A stretch of DNA of 62,923 nucleotides, filler included, from Reticulomyxa filosa (Eukaryota; Protista; Foraminifera), in NCBI GenBank assembly GCA_000512085.1. It is 22 parts of 22 records of this genome, joined end to end, with 100 filler letters (N's around TTAATTAATTAA, not from the genome) between each part and the next. Parts side by side here need not be neighbours in the genome. Positions count along the whole stretch, not along the records: positions 31,977 to 41,075 come from ASPP01018276.1; positions 41,176 to 46,531 come from ASPP01015973.1; positions 46,632 to 51,508 come from ASPP01011018.1; positions 51,609 to 54,329 come from ASPP01023800.1; 18 more parts are not named here. One strand, given 5' to 3'. The position numbers and the translations under genes were made by a program. Shown here piece after piece: positions 39,958 through 53,056 of this stretch. How positions within the stretch are numbered: the stretch's first letter is position 1; every line of letters starts with the position of its first letter. The notes under the pieces are model-generated. The model saw only the letters and a list, made by a program, of their open reading frames with translations. It was not told where the DNA came from and searched no databases.

Positions 39958-40779
39958 GATTGTTTACCCTTGAAGTTCATTTTTCATTTTCCGTGCTTTT
40001 TTTTTTGTTTTGACTTTGCTGTTGATTGATGGGTTTTGTTGTTTTGGAAAAAAAAAATTAAGGAAAATTTCAAAACCTGCGAAGAGCACTTGGAAACAGG
40101 TAAAAGATAGCCAAACAAAATATATGTTGTTAACTTCTTGCAATTTTATTTTTGAGTTATCCCTGCAAATTCTGTAGCAAATACTAGCCGGTTCGTGCTG
40201 CTTTAATACATGATTTATGTTATTTTTTAGTTTTATAGTCATTTCAAAATCACTATGTTCAATTAAGTTAATGCACACATTTACCATAAAGAATAAATTT
40301 TGCTTTTCACAATTGCAGCCCGTAATTGTACGAGCTGTGAACTAATGTTTTAGACATTTGTATTGATTGTAACGGGAGTGTGTAAACAAATAAAATTTCA
40401 TTGGATTATTGAAAACTGCTTTTTTTTTTTAAGCAGGATAGTTTGATCGCTTTAAATTAAAACACTTTCACTTGAAAAGTCTTAAAAAACATATGTAAAG
40501 AGACCTTATTTATTAAAAACCTTTATCAATCTTACTCAATCCAAATTATCTACAATCGGTTGATTTTAAAAAAGTTAACTATTGAAAACTACAAGAAAAT
40601 GAACCTGATTTCAAATGAAACACGACACATCTAGGAAAAAGTGAAACAAGAAATAAAAAAAAATGAAAAAAGATACAATTTGATTGAAAGTGATATGAGT
40701 ATCAGGAGAGAGAAGAAAAAGAGAGAACCAATGTAAAAAGAAAAATAAAAAAAGATTGGGTTTTTCAAAGAAGGTTTCA

Positions 40780-41040
40780 GTCTTACGCATTGCGACATGT
40801 AACCAGTGTGCATCGTAGTCGAACCTCGTCATCGTCAATGCCGAAAGGATGTCTTGCAACTTATCCTTTGTGTTGCCAAGGATTAACTTATGCAAATGAT
40901 GCGACTTGTGCTTCGTACCATATGCCAACACTACTTGCATGCGCTGGTTCTCGTTTCGCAGTCGCTTCAGCATCAAACTCATCCTTATGCACACCCAACA
41001 ATGTCGGAATCGCTGGCACTGTCGATGCTATTTATACTTT
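40780..41040 (-). pseudogene. Annexin fragment with internal deletion
   Basis: ..HKDEFDAEATAK jumps frame to RNENQRMQVVLAYGTKH...LQDILSALTMTRFDYDAHWLHVAMRK, i.e. the end of annexin repeat 1 and start of repeat 2. The GxGT segment is missing. Confidence 0.65.
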
Positions 41041-41294
41041 TCCAACTCATCATAAGCATTAAGCAAACGCCTACANNNNNNNNNNNNNNNNNNNNNNNNN
41101 NNNNNNNNNNNNNNNNNNNTTAATTAATTAANNNNNNNNNNNNNNNNNNNNNNNNNNNNNNNNNNNNNNNNNNNNAAAAAAAAAAAGTGTTTCAGTCCAG
41201 CACAATACATTATACATTATACATATACAAATACATACATATATACATAAACATATACATATATATATGTATGTATATATATTAATTGATACCT

Positions 41295-42427
41295 ATGAAT
41301 CCCTCTTTATCTGCAATCAAAGACAACATATCAGCGTTTTGACATCAACAATATCCTCATTGGACACCTTACGACTATCTGGCTTGTTGTGCTCAATCAC
41401 TTGCAGCTGATTTTTGTCATCAATGACCCACCTGACGGTGCACTTTTGGATGAGCTTTTGCTGCAGTTGGTTCCACCACACGACTTGAAGGCCAGACACA
41501 AAGACCAGTGCAATCGCGGCGAGGTGGTTGACCAACATCAAAAGGGTCATTGCAAAATTGAGCAGTGACGACCATTTGATTGGTGCGATCGGTCTGTTCA
41601 AACGGTTCCACGCTATTGTGGTAATCATCAACTCGATTAATATATAGACTACCAGGATATATATATGGCTCTTGAACTCGCGTTGCAAAAACCAAAAGTC
41701 GGCAAACCGCAATATTTCCTTGAAGAACAGCAATGCCAACACAAAATACACCAACAAAAATAGTACACCTAACGCCAACGCCGGTTCAAGGTCTACACGA
41801 AAATGGCGATTGATAACAGTGTAATCAAAAGTAAACAAAATAAACGAGTATACGTTTATTGGGTAGGTACATACATCTTTTTTTTTTTTTTTTTTTTTTT
41901 TTGAACAAAACAAACACTTAAACAGTTGCGGAACATCAACGGTATAATGGCACCATTAAAGATAATGTTAGGAATAAACAAGATAATTGAAATATATTTC
42001 GTGCTTGTATACACGTGCTGGTTTTGCAAAAAGTGATCCATTTTTTTGTACTGTGGATTCAACAAACTACGCCATTCTTGCGATCCTTGTGCTATTTTGA
42101 TATGCACATATGTAAACCAATATCGCATTAACAACATATCGATTAACAATAAAAATATATTGATCTCCAACACCCCTATTATCCATTTCGGTATGCGCAA
42201 TTGCCCCAATTCCATTACCACCACTCGCAATGGTGTGTAGATCATCGTGTAGGCCGCGCAGTAGAAACCAAATATTTTCGCCAATTCGTAGTGCCGAATT
42301 TGCACAAACTTCTTTTTCTCATTTGTTTTCCACAAACAATATGATTTATAATACAACAGTGGCTCAACCACAACCACTAAAAAGAATGCAATGTCGCCAC
42401 CGCTATTTGAAAAGCTATCAACATCAT
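41295..42427 (-). CDS. 7TM-RGS-like protein (multi-pass membrane domain followed by the start of an RGS box); 3' truncated
   Basis: About seven hydrophobic segments, FVQIRH after TM1, ADFWFLQREFK (D.F.I..E motif), then DMLSLIADKEGFI in a shifted frame; intron ~41823-41915; homopolymer frameshifts at ~42380 and ~41338. Confidence 0.6.
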
Positions 42428-42814
42428 AGCAAATCCAATTTTCAACTTGTTTTTGTAATTTTTCTCTCTTATTAGCTCAAATCCATTTTCATGCTGTTCA
42501 CTGTTCGATATTATAATAATTAAAAAAAAAAAAGCGTCTGACTCCGCTCCTTTACCTTTCCACTTGCTTTTCAGCACTCTCCATTTTATTAAAAAAAATA
42601 ATATTTCTTTTTTCCACTTACGTACTATAACAAGCACATCATGGACAAATAGGTGTTATGCATATAATATCTTTCACAACGTTAATCATGAAAAAATATA
42701 ACACAATCTGATGTTCAAGCTCCTTTTGGTTCCAGGAGTAAAGTTGTTCTAAAAAAACTTGCAGACGGTTCACCTTTTTTGATTGCGAGTAATATTGAAT
42801 AAATTTAACGATAA

Positions 42815-43459
42815 ATGGTTTCAATTTGGCATGTTGTATTATTTTCAGGCTTTCCACCGAGTGTGGCCATAGTGTTACTCTTACTAGCTCCACAAGTTTG
42901 CAAAAATCTAACGTACCAAGTACTGAAGTCAATTTTTTTTGTGAAAATCTGTGGCTATCCCTTGATTTACGTTGTCGTTGTCAGTGAAGCACTTCTGCTT
43001 GCATTTGTGATGCAACACACTTACATGGAATGGCAAAGAGGACCAGGGGCAACTCATACTGATGGTTACTCCGATTTAGCGTACAAATCGAAAATTTGGA
43101 GAGAACAAAGAAATTGCTATGCCACAAGCTGGGCTTTCGTGACGTGGTGTTACGTGATCAATTTTGTTTTATTGTTTGCTCAACGTTCATTTTTTTTTTT
43201 CTTTAAGTCGTCTTTTCAACATCGATAAAAATCTGAAAAATTGAAGTGATGTGTTAACCGATTGATTGACTCTATAGGGATGCTCACTGTTGTCCTGGCC
43301 TATGAAGGTATGAATGACAATCACTTTATATTTAATTATCCTTTGAATGATTTGTGTTTGATCTTTTGATGTGTTATGTTTGTATTCTGCCTTAATCTCT
43401 CTGCAGAAAAATTAGCAGAAAGTCTCAAGGAAAAATTTCTGGCAAAGAAGAAGGAATAA
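42815..43459 (+). CDS. BAP29/BAP31 (Yet)-like ER membrane protein, 3 exons
   Basis: Three TM segments, KIWREQRNCY (cf. K.FRAQRN.Y), and a spliced C-terminus ...KEKFLAKKKE* with a KKXX ER-retrieval signal. Confidence 0.65.
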
Positions 43460-43970
43460 ACTGAGTCGCAATTAAACATGACGATCCCGAAGGCTTCACA
43501 ACACATCACTTCATTTTTACATTATATTTCATGTTTTTATCTTTTCTGTGTGTTTGGCCAAATGACGTCATTGCTGTGATGAATTCATTTTTTTTAGAAA
43601 CTGTCTTTGATTTTTTCTTAACTTTTTGAGTCACTTAGTTCTCGGAACAACTCAAAAGCGCAATGGGCTTAAAGCAAAACAAAACAGGTCTGGGCTGTTG
43701 CAAATATTTTTTTGAGCATGTAATCATATCAAAAATCTTCAACTTAAAAATTGGTCGAGCTGTATATTTTTTAACAAATCAATAGTAGCTCTGGTTTTGT
43801 CTTTAAATATATTCACGTTGTTATTTACTAAATAGCATTAAATTAGTCTTCTAGAAAACAAGCAGCTAAACGTCGGATGCTTAAAAAAAAAAGTATTGTC
43901 TCTTTGAACAGAAGTGACTCACAGTTTTAAGTAAAAAAAATTGGCTTGCATCAGGAAAGAGCGTTGAATC

Positions 43971-46312
43971 ATGTGTCTGATATCAGCTTTCGTGGCCGGA
44001 ATAATAGGCATTGGTTTAGCAATTGAAGTAAGCAGCACACCAAACTGGTGTTTAGGGAAAGAGCGCTTTGCGGATTATGTTAGCGAAGTGAAACTAATTA
44101 GTGAGGGCATTTCTGTTGGAGGATACATAAATTGTAGCAGTGACGACACAAATGAACAAGCGATCACATTGATCATTGAGGGTCCAGCCGACACGTGGTT
44201 TGGAATTATATTCGAAGGTTGAGAAACAACATTGACATTCATCTACACAACTGACTCATTAGAAGAAGAAAAAAAAAAAAGGAGGAAACGTAACATACCA
44301 AAAAAAAAAAAAAAAGGACAACAAAGAGAAGACGCGATAATTTATACGACAGGAAGACTTGAAGTAGATTCACCCCAATTTTATGACTACATCGTGACCC
44401 ACAGGTCATCACATGCATACATACTCAAAAATAAAAAAGTGTAATTTGTGGTTCTTTCTGTTGTGATCCATTTTGTGTGAGCAAGAAGCAGAGAAAGAAA
44501 AATAAAAAAACACTAAACAAAAAAGTTGGCCACAGTGTTGTTAACTTGAAATGTGATAAAACTTGCAAGGAATAAAGAAAAAAAAAAAAAAAAAATGTGC
44601 AAATAGAGACGGATTCGTTGATGTAGCGAAGAACATCGAACAAGAATGGAAGTTAGTGGGATCGACATGGACAAGAAATGGCGTGGTCGGTGGCACGTGT
44701 CGGCGGCAGTTGAGCACGGTGGACATTACTGATGGACGACAACAGTCTGCAAAACACAGCGGCGAAAAAAAAACGCTTATTGGGCGATACGTAGTCGGAA
44801 GAAAGGGAAAAATGCAATTGGATGAACAAAATGTGGACGATAGTGGCCATTTTGAAATCACGTTTGCCGCAGTAATGGAACAATCAAGTCTTGGTGTGAA
44901 CCGTAATGCCGATGCTAATGTTCGTGCGAGTAGCAGTGGCAGCAATTGGTGCGATGGAGTAAGTGTCTATCCGGCCAACTTTTCCGTCCCCGTAAATCTG
45001 CTTGGAAATGGTATTTCGATCGGAGGCACGATCAATTGTCCCTCTTCTGCACCTGAAAATCAAACTATCACCTTAACTATTATTGGGCCCAGTTCCAAAT
45101 GGTTTGGTATTGCTTTTGGAAGTTACTGTTTTTTTTTTGTTTTGTTTTTTAAATTAATAATCCCAAAAAAAAAAATCACATTAAAAAAAAAGGGGGACTG
45201 GTTTGTTTTTTTTTTTTAATTAAAAAAAAAAAAAACACACACACAATGAAATAACAGCTTCGATGTTAAATGACGCGGTGGTGTTCACGACCGGGTAAAA
45301 ATGGAACGGATCCACTGCAATTGTATGACTATTGGAATACCGATTCACTCGATAAGTGGAGTCCACAAAGACAACATTCAAAATTGGAAGCAAAACGAGA
45401 TGACGATCAACAACGGCCAAGTGACGCTGGTGTACACACGTTTGTTGGACACAGGAGATAGTCAGGATCGTGTGTTCACAGGCAATAGCAAGACATTGTC
45501 TGTGATGTATGCCATCAGCGGCCAAAACACACGTATCACGGGCCAACATTCGATCTACAGTTCAAAGTATTATACCTTGGATTTTGTCTCCGGATCCACC
45601 TCGAGTCACACTTCGGTGGTCGAAATCATCAAACGTTGGCATGGAGGAATCATGTGGTTTGCTTGGAATTTATTTGCTTATACTGGACTCATCTGCGCAA
45701 GATATAAAGAAATACTGTTCACGAAGCAAACGCCGCCCAAAATCGACACGTGGTTCATTTTTCACTCGTGGTGTATGCGAACTGCAGTTTGGTGACATTT
45801 TCAAACACTTTTTTTTTTGCCCTCCTTTTTTTCTTTGTATTAATTTATTTTTTAAAAAAATGGGTCTATTACTGTTGGTAATATATTATCTTTTTTTATC
45901 AGATACAAGTCAGTTGATGTAAATATAGGCGTTATTGACATTGATTGGATTCATCCTTGGTGTGATAGCTGTGAACAAAAGTGGAATCCAGCATTTCTCT
46001 AAAGCCCATTTTATTGTGGGACTGATTATATTCATTTTTGCTATGCTCCAGCCCTTGAATGCAGTCATTCGACCTCACAAAGAACCCCGTACACGACGTC
46101 GTCGTATTTGGGAGTTTATTCATAAAAATAGCGGGAGAAGTGCTTTAGGCTTGTCAGTTTTCAATGTTTTTAGTGGACTGATTTTATTGGGAGTCTCCAA
46201 TGCTGTCATGATTTTGCAAATCATTTTTATCGTCATTGTTGGTGTCACTGTTATCTTCTTGGAGATACGATGGTTTTTGCAGACAAGAACACCAGGCAAA
46301 GTCGTGAATTAG
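43971..46312 (+). CDS. Tandem DOMON x2 plus cytochrome b561 protein (CYBDOM / ferric-chelate reductase-like)
   Basis: Signal peptide; repeated ITL.I.GP...WFGI.F and DA...TTG; YTRLLDTGD; b561 His ligands in WHGGIM, FIFHSW, KAHFIVG and FIHKNSGR; LQPLNAVIRP. Confidence 0.85.
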
Positions 46313-46733
46313 CGAGACTACATATAACGGGAGTAATTCTTAAGGAACAAAAAAAACCCCACCAACACTTATCAGGCTTTTTGCCCGTATGTATTTTCAT
46401 TCCCCTTTTTTGTTTGTTTTTTTGCAAATCCCAATTCTTTTTGCCTTTTTCTTTAAGCATAGCATCATCTGTGTACAACGTTTTGTTAGCCTTTTTTTAT
46501 AGCTACATTTTGTTCATTTTCTTTTTTTTTTNNNNNNNNNNNNNNNNNNNNNNNNNNNNNNNNNNNNNNNNNNNNTTAATTAATTAANNNNNNNNNNNNN
46601 NNNNNNNNNNNNNNNNNNNNNNNNNNNNNNNTGTACATATATATGTACATATATGTGTACATATATGTATGTATATGTTTATATGTATTAACATTGAAAT
46701 GTATGAATGTTTAATATGTGCTTGTGGAGAATA

Positions 46734-48452
46734 GCAATGGAAAGGACCGGTCTCTTATTTCGATTGACGACAGACGATCGCGACGAACTTCTTAAAATAA
46801 TAAACTCAGCCATTACGGCTGTAAAACAGAACAAGAATGCGGGATACAGCGCAGGGATGGTGGTGACTTCAACTGCTGTCCAAGAGATAATGGCCAAGAC
46901 CGAGGACAGCACTCTTTTGGACAAATTCTTGGAGTTGTCTACATTGTGTAAATCCGTTCTTGCTGTGAGAATGCAACCCAATCAAAAAGCACAAATCATT
47001 GAACTTGTCAAAACGGCCACCAAAAATATTACCTTGGCTGTTGGAGACGGAGCAAATGATGAACCAATGATTCGAGTTGCTAATGTCGGTGTTGGCATTG
47101 CCGGTTTAGAGGGCACTGCCGCTGTCCGTGCATCTGATTACGCTATTGCTAAAGTTTATTTATTTTTATTTAAAAAGATATATATATACATATATATACA
47201 TATATGTATATACCATTTGCATGGATTCTTATGTAAGTGTCTATGTTGTGTGGTGGTGATGGGGGTTGCTTAGTTCAAATTCTTACAAAGATTAATATTT
47301 ATCCATGGTAGGTTGCACTATCGTCGTATTACAACTTTGATATGCTACATATTTTACAAAATGGATTGTTGTCGTTGTCTTCGTTTTGGTTTGGTTTATT
47401 TAATGGATTTTCTGGTCAAGTTGAGTTTTTCTTTTTTTGTGTATTCAATTGATGAACAGCTCAAATTCAGTTTTGTTTTGTTTTTTTGTTTGTTTTTTGT
47501 TTGCCTTTTTACATACACAATATATAATGTATTGTATATTGTATATCTTTGCATGTCCATTAAAAACTAGATAATGTATTTGGAATGGGCGTATCAATTG
47601 TACAATGTCGTGTTCACTGCATTGCCAATATTATTGTTTGCAGTGCTTGACAGAGATTACACGGATCAGAGATTGATTAACAATCCCAGTTGGTATGCTC
47701 GAACCTTGGGGGGGAAATTGTTCACGTGGAAAATATTTTGCGGATGGATGTTGGACTCATTATACGAATCTTGCGTGCTAACATTGGTCCCATTTTGGTG
47801 TTACGCCTTGGTAACGTCTGCCGATGGCACAGGCCATTCTCATGGGCTGTGGTCTTTTGGTGTTGTCACTTACACCGCTATCGTATTTTGTGCAAATCTT
47901 CGACTGGCTTTTATCACAGTTCATTTTGTGATTTTCCTATATTTTTATATCTACATATTTATTTATATATGTACTTTAGAAATTGAAAACAATCTTTCTT
48001 GTCATTCACGGCTATTGTTTGTTTTTTCAATTGTGTTATGTGATGGAATAAAGACTTCATGGACAGGATGGATGCATTTGGTGTTGTGGGGGTCAATTGT
48101 TGCCTTTTTCATTTGCATGATCATCCTAAACTTATCCTCCGCATTCGCCAACGCTGGTGCCGATTATTATTGGGTTGTATTCACAGTGATTGGCACAGGT
48201 TGGTTTTTTTTTTTTTTTGTTGCTGAAATTTTAAATCTCTATGAGTGTTTACTTTTTTTCTCAAAACATACCACAAAAAAAATATGACGCTTTTTTAATG
48301 CATACTTGAATGTCTGTCATGATGCATTGTTTTCAGCGCGATATTGGTTGACCATGCTGTTGGCAGTGGTCGCTGCATTGGTTCTTCCATTTTCAGTGGA
48401 GGCATTTATGCAATTGAAATATCGTGCTCATCTGGACTCAAAGGAAGCATAA
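46734..48452 (+). CDS. P4-type ATPase (phospholipid flippase), C-terminal half, multi-exon
   Basis: CKSVLAVRMQPNQKA, TLAVGDGANDEPMI, GVGIAGLEGTAAVRASDYAIAKFKFLQRL..HGR..Y.R, FYKN..NGFSGQ, YNVVFTALP; stop at 48450-48452. Confidence 0.92.
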
Positions 48453-49133
48453 CTTCACTAAAATCCTCTATAATTTCCAAATTGTCTTTTTTTGTTTTTG
48501 TTGTTTTTTAATTTTTTATTTGTTTTGATTGGCTTTGTTTTGTTTTTTTATTTTTTTTTGAACCAACTTAAATCATCACAATTGTCAGCAATTGTTGGCA
48601 CTAACTTGCACTCTGGGTTGCTGAGAAGAACAACGAAAGGAAAGAAATCGTGAAGGGAAAAGGGTGGGAAGGGAGCCTTTTTTGAAAATAGATGTGAGTT
48701 TGTTTGATGTTGGCCATTATTTAGTGTTGTGTTCGGATTAAAACGTGTTGGTGTGCAGTTTCTTTTTTATCCCCATCACAACAAGTCCATTAAAATATGG
48801 TGACGTGAGTTTTGGTTGCGACTGTGTCTTTTTTTGGAATATCACTTTTTGGCAAAGGGTCATATCCCTATGCACATTATCCGATTGACAATTCATTCAA
48901 GGAATTTTGGTGTTTTGGCTCATGAACTCAATTGCTTTTTGTTGTTGTGCTGTTTTTAGATTTGCTTTGGTTTTTTTTTTGTTGATACTTCATTTTTTGT
49001 TTCAAACCAAATTGACAAAGCATTGTGGCAAGACAAAGAGTACGAAATATTCTAAGCTTCAGATTGTAGCAATTTTAAAAATTGAAAACAGTTTGTTTGC
49101 ATGGGGAAAAAAATATGAAACAACACAAAAATT

Positions 49134-49766
49134 TTATGTCCCACGTCGGGATTGAATTTCCTTCAACCATTGATTTAAACCGTCTCTTAAAAATAGTTTC
49201 CTTGATCTCTTGCATATTTCTATATGAGGGTCCTTCAATGGGGACCATGTTTTATGTGCAGATTTGCCGTCTTTATTTAAACAGTCCTCGGCATCTTTGC
49301 TTGGAATCTCCAATTCATCACTCCAGCATGTGTAAGTATCAAACCAGTTAGGGTGATTTTCTGCCTTAAATTTGCTTTTGTTGTTTTCAATGTTCACCTT
49401 CGCGCCTGATTTTAACACGGCAATATAGTAGCAGGCTTTGTCTATCCAACGCTTGGGATTATTCGGATCATTCATCATTCCTGACTCGATTCCTATCCAC
49501 ATATCAGCAAAAGGAACTTCAACTATGCTCCCATTACAACGATTCATTGCTCCTTCCTTAGTTTTTGCTTCACCCACTGGTTGGTCATCCACTTGAGAAG
49601 GAATTGGCTTTCCAACAAGCATAAGTTTGTTGGCCTTACATTGGAAGCTTTCTTCGATTGCACCTAGTTTCAAGGGGCTGGTTGTACCAACGACAACTGT
49701 TTTTACAGAAGGAAAAAGTATGGAAAATGATATTTCCTTTTTTTCGGTGTCTTCTAATTTGGACAT
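49134..49766 (-). CDS. yjjX: Inosine/xanthosine triphosphatase (YjjX / NTPase_I-T family), intronless
   Basis: VVVGTTSPLKLGAIEESF, PSQVDDQPVG..TKEGAMNR, ADMWIGIESGM. Confidence 0.8.
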   Translation of the reverse strand: MSKLEDTEKKEISFSILFPSVKTVVVGTTSPLKLGAIEESFQCKANKLMLVGKPIPSQVDDQPVGEAKTKEGAMNRCNGSIVEVPFADMWIGIESGMMNDPNNPKRWIDKACYYIAVLKSGAKVNIENNKSKFKAENHPNWFDTYTCWSDELEIPSKDAEDCLNKDGKSAHKTWSPLKDPHIEICKRSRKLFLRDGLNQWLKEIQSRRGT

Positions 49767-50682
49767 TATAAAGTTTTTGAGACACGTATGTCCCTGACGC
49801 AAACTCCGTCGCCGTGCAAAACTTACAAGCAGCTCATTAGAAAAAAATTTTATGTTATAAATATTTTTATAAAAAGAATTGAAACTTTATATATTTTGTC
49901 TTTAAAAACTTTTTTTATGATAACTACAGAAAATAAAAGCCTTTTTTGAAGATACGCATTTTTTGTATTTGTGATGAAGGAAGATTGTTCTTTAGATATA
50001 GCATTGATACTTTGATATATAAATATAATTTAAGCACAATTAGCACTCACTTAATAATAACGACAAACAATTACATATAACAGTTAATTTTGTGGTTCTA
50101 ACGCATTATGAAAAATATGTATCAATAACTTATTCAATGTTGGCAAAATTATCAATTTTTTTAAATTGGAAACAATTAAAATGTGTATATAATAACATTG
50201 ATCAGTTAACGCTAACTAAGAAACGTGGTAGAACGAGTATAGTAATATTAATCAGTACTTAAGTTTTTCTTTATTGGCGTTGTCATATATCAAGCAACTG
50301 TCGTGAAAAACACAAATTTCGTGTTGATAAAAGATAATATAACAACAGCTTAAAAAAAGTTTAGTCGTATATTTCCTTTTTGTTTAAGACACAAGTTTCT
50401 TTTTACCAATAAATTTTTTAAAATCATTTAAAATCAAGACCAGAATAATTGCTTATTTTTTTATCACAATTTTTATAAAAAACAGTTAATTTTTCCACAA
50501 TAATCAATTGCACGTAAAAAAAGAGTGTTTTTAGAATAAGTTTCTAATTTGATTTTTCTTATTTGTTTGGACTTGGATCGATTATAGGATCAATTTAATA
50601 CGTTGTATTTTGCTTAAAATTGAATTGTGTAAAGTTGGTACAGTACAGAGTGAGCGTTACTTTTAAATCTACCCAAAAAATA

Positions 50683-51508
50683 ATGCTCTTCTTTGTCGGC
50701 GTGATCATTTTAAGTTTTTTTCATTTAGCAGTAAGCAACTCCGTCCGTGTCACCTTACAGCTTGGGACTTATGGTGTTGACAGTTCTGTTCGTGGGTCAG
50801 TAACTGGTCTTGCCAATCCTTTGGACTACTCAGTAACGTTATTAAAATTTTTTTGTTAGACAAAATGTCATCTAAGAGACAAACAACTGATATATGCACA
50901 CAAAAAAAAAGGTAGGAATAATGTCCTACAATTACGGAGGTTGGGACGGATGGAGATTATTGAAGAATTTGGATATGGATGGAAGATTTGAAGGTTCCAT
51001 GGGCAACGGTATGATTCTCAATGATTGGTATACCTTTTTTTTTTTTTTGTTGTTGCAATGAGATACACCCTATGGTATATATGCACGAACAAATGCGTAT
51101 GGATATTTCGAATTTGCAGGAGAAGATATCTTCAGCACCCAAGTGGCGTGTTACGTCATCAACACATCTAAGCACAACGTTTCCAGCTTTGTGTTTGACA
51201 ATCTCCCGTCCATTAGCGCTTGGTCCATCGGCGTCAAAGTGGAGCATTTTGAGATATTTCAACGAGACTTCCAGACCAGAAGAAAAACAATTGCTATTTC
51301 CTCAAGATCAAACCCCAGTTATATTAACATGCTGATTTGTTTTTTTATGCATGTAACAAAATCATCTTTGCAAATTTTGTTTCAAAAAAAAAAAAAAATC
51401 AAAAATAACAAACAAATAAAAAGCAACAAAAGATATTTTTTGGAAAGTTCCATAAAACACCAAAAAAAAAAAAACACATTTTAGGTCCAACATCTCAACC
51501 AACACCAG
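50683..51508 (+). CDS. Putative secreted protein, 5' exons; 3' truncated
   Basis: Signal-peptide-like MLFFVGVIILSFFHLAVSNS; introns 50833-50911 and ~51028-51062; spliced frame ..VRGSVTGLANPLDYSVGIMSYNYGGWDGW...AYGYFEFAGEDIFSTQVACYVI. Confidence 0.5.
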
Positions 51509-51608
51509 NNNNNNNNNNNNNNNNNNNNNNNNNNNNNNNNNNNNNNNNNNNNTTAATTAATTAANNNNNNNNNNNNNNNNNNNNNNNNNNNNNNNNNNNN
51601 NNNNNNNN

Positions 51609-53021
51609 GTAATAATCAACATAAATAAAATAAAGATATGTCAAAACCTCCAAGCTTGTCCAAAAAAATGAAATAATGCATCATGAACAACGACCACCAC
51701 ATCACGTCCAATCCCAGAAAAAACATGATCAACGAGTCAATAAGCAATCACAAGTCCAGAATCAATCACAAGTCCAGAATCAATCACAAGTTCAGATGCA
51801 GTCACAAGTACATAGCAATCCACAAATCCAGTATAAACCACAAATTCATAATCAGCCACAAGTCCAGGAGCAACCACATGCACAGAAACAACCACATATC
51901 CAGAAACAATCACAAGCCCATAATCAACCACAATCACCAAGACAATCATTGCTACCCAAGCCAGTCTGTAATTCAAAAAAATTACTTGTTCTAGATATGG
52001 ACGAGACACTTGTCCACAATTCACCTAACGTTTGTTTATATTTATTTGATTTATATTGTAAATTTTTCATATACACATACACAAACATTAAAAATATATA
52101 GAAATTATCTACAACAGGAATTAAATTTATATTTTATAAATCAGGTGTATATCATAAATGGTATACACACCCAAGACCATACCTGCATACATTCCTATCT
52201 GAATGTAATAAACATTTTGATATTGCCATATTTACTGCAGCTATTCCGGAACTCGCGAATCCAGTACTTGATTTGATAGACATACATGGAGCGATTAAAC
52301 ACAGACTGTTTCGCAATAGCTGTACTTTGGTTGATGGAAAATTGACTAAGGTAGTATTTGTAATATGTAAAATAAATTGTAATAATAATATAATAATAAA
52401 TAGGATCTAAGAATGCTAGGACGATCTATGGGAGATGTCATCTTAATTGACGACAATAAGAATATACAATCTATATTTCCAAGAAACTGCATCCCTATAC
52501 CTGCGTTCGAATGCCAACATAATGATGACCATGTATCTATTAACAAATAATTTATATATTTAATATATAATATTTATTGTGCATATAATTATAATTTATT
52601 TAAAAAATAGTTAATTCGAATATTACCATTGCTTACGAACCAACTTGCATATGCGCCTGACTCACGTCAATTATTGGATGCCAGAAATACAATAGAATGG
52701 CTATATCAACGAACAATTCGAAATGACAATCAATATGTTCAAGTTCATCATTCTGTCGCCAAACATGTGCAATCATTGTCATGGTAAGTATTCAATTGCT
52801 TTTATATATTTCAATCTTTATTATAGTATGTGTGTTGTTAAATACAACTATAGGATTAACAATAAGATTTCTGATATTAAGGACACTGTTGTTGGCACGA
52901 TTGATATGATGGCAACTTGCTTGAAGAATTTCTTCGGATTAATAGTTATTCATTTTATTCACTTTATTCATTCATTTCAAACCTAATTTATTTGTGTATG
53001 TTTGTATATTTATAGTATTAA
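51609..53021 (+). CDS. CTD small phosphatase / NIF (FCP1-SCP, Dullard-like) HAD phosphatase with Gln-rich N-terminus, multi-exon
   Basis: KKLLVLDMDETLVH (DxDxT), RPYLHTFL, FDIAIFTA, RLFRNSC...TKDLRMLGR, VILIDDN. The probable last exon ends at TAA 53019-53021. Confidence 0.85.
51745..51935 (+). repeat. 18-bp coding tandem repeat (QSQVQN-like), degenerating
   Basis: CAATCACAAGTCCAGAAT x2 followed by about eight diverged copies. Confidence 0.8.
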
Positions 53022-53056
53022 CAGAAAAGTAAACGAAACACAAGAAAAACAAACTA

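Noticed and set aside
51745-51935. Short periodic repeats as a CRISPR array (also 36890-36975)
   Set aside because: No unique spacers; these are in-frame amino-acid repeats in eukaryotic exons.
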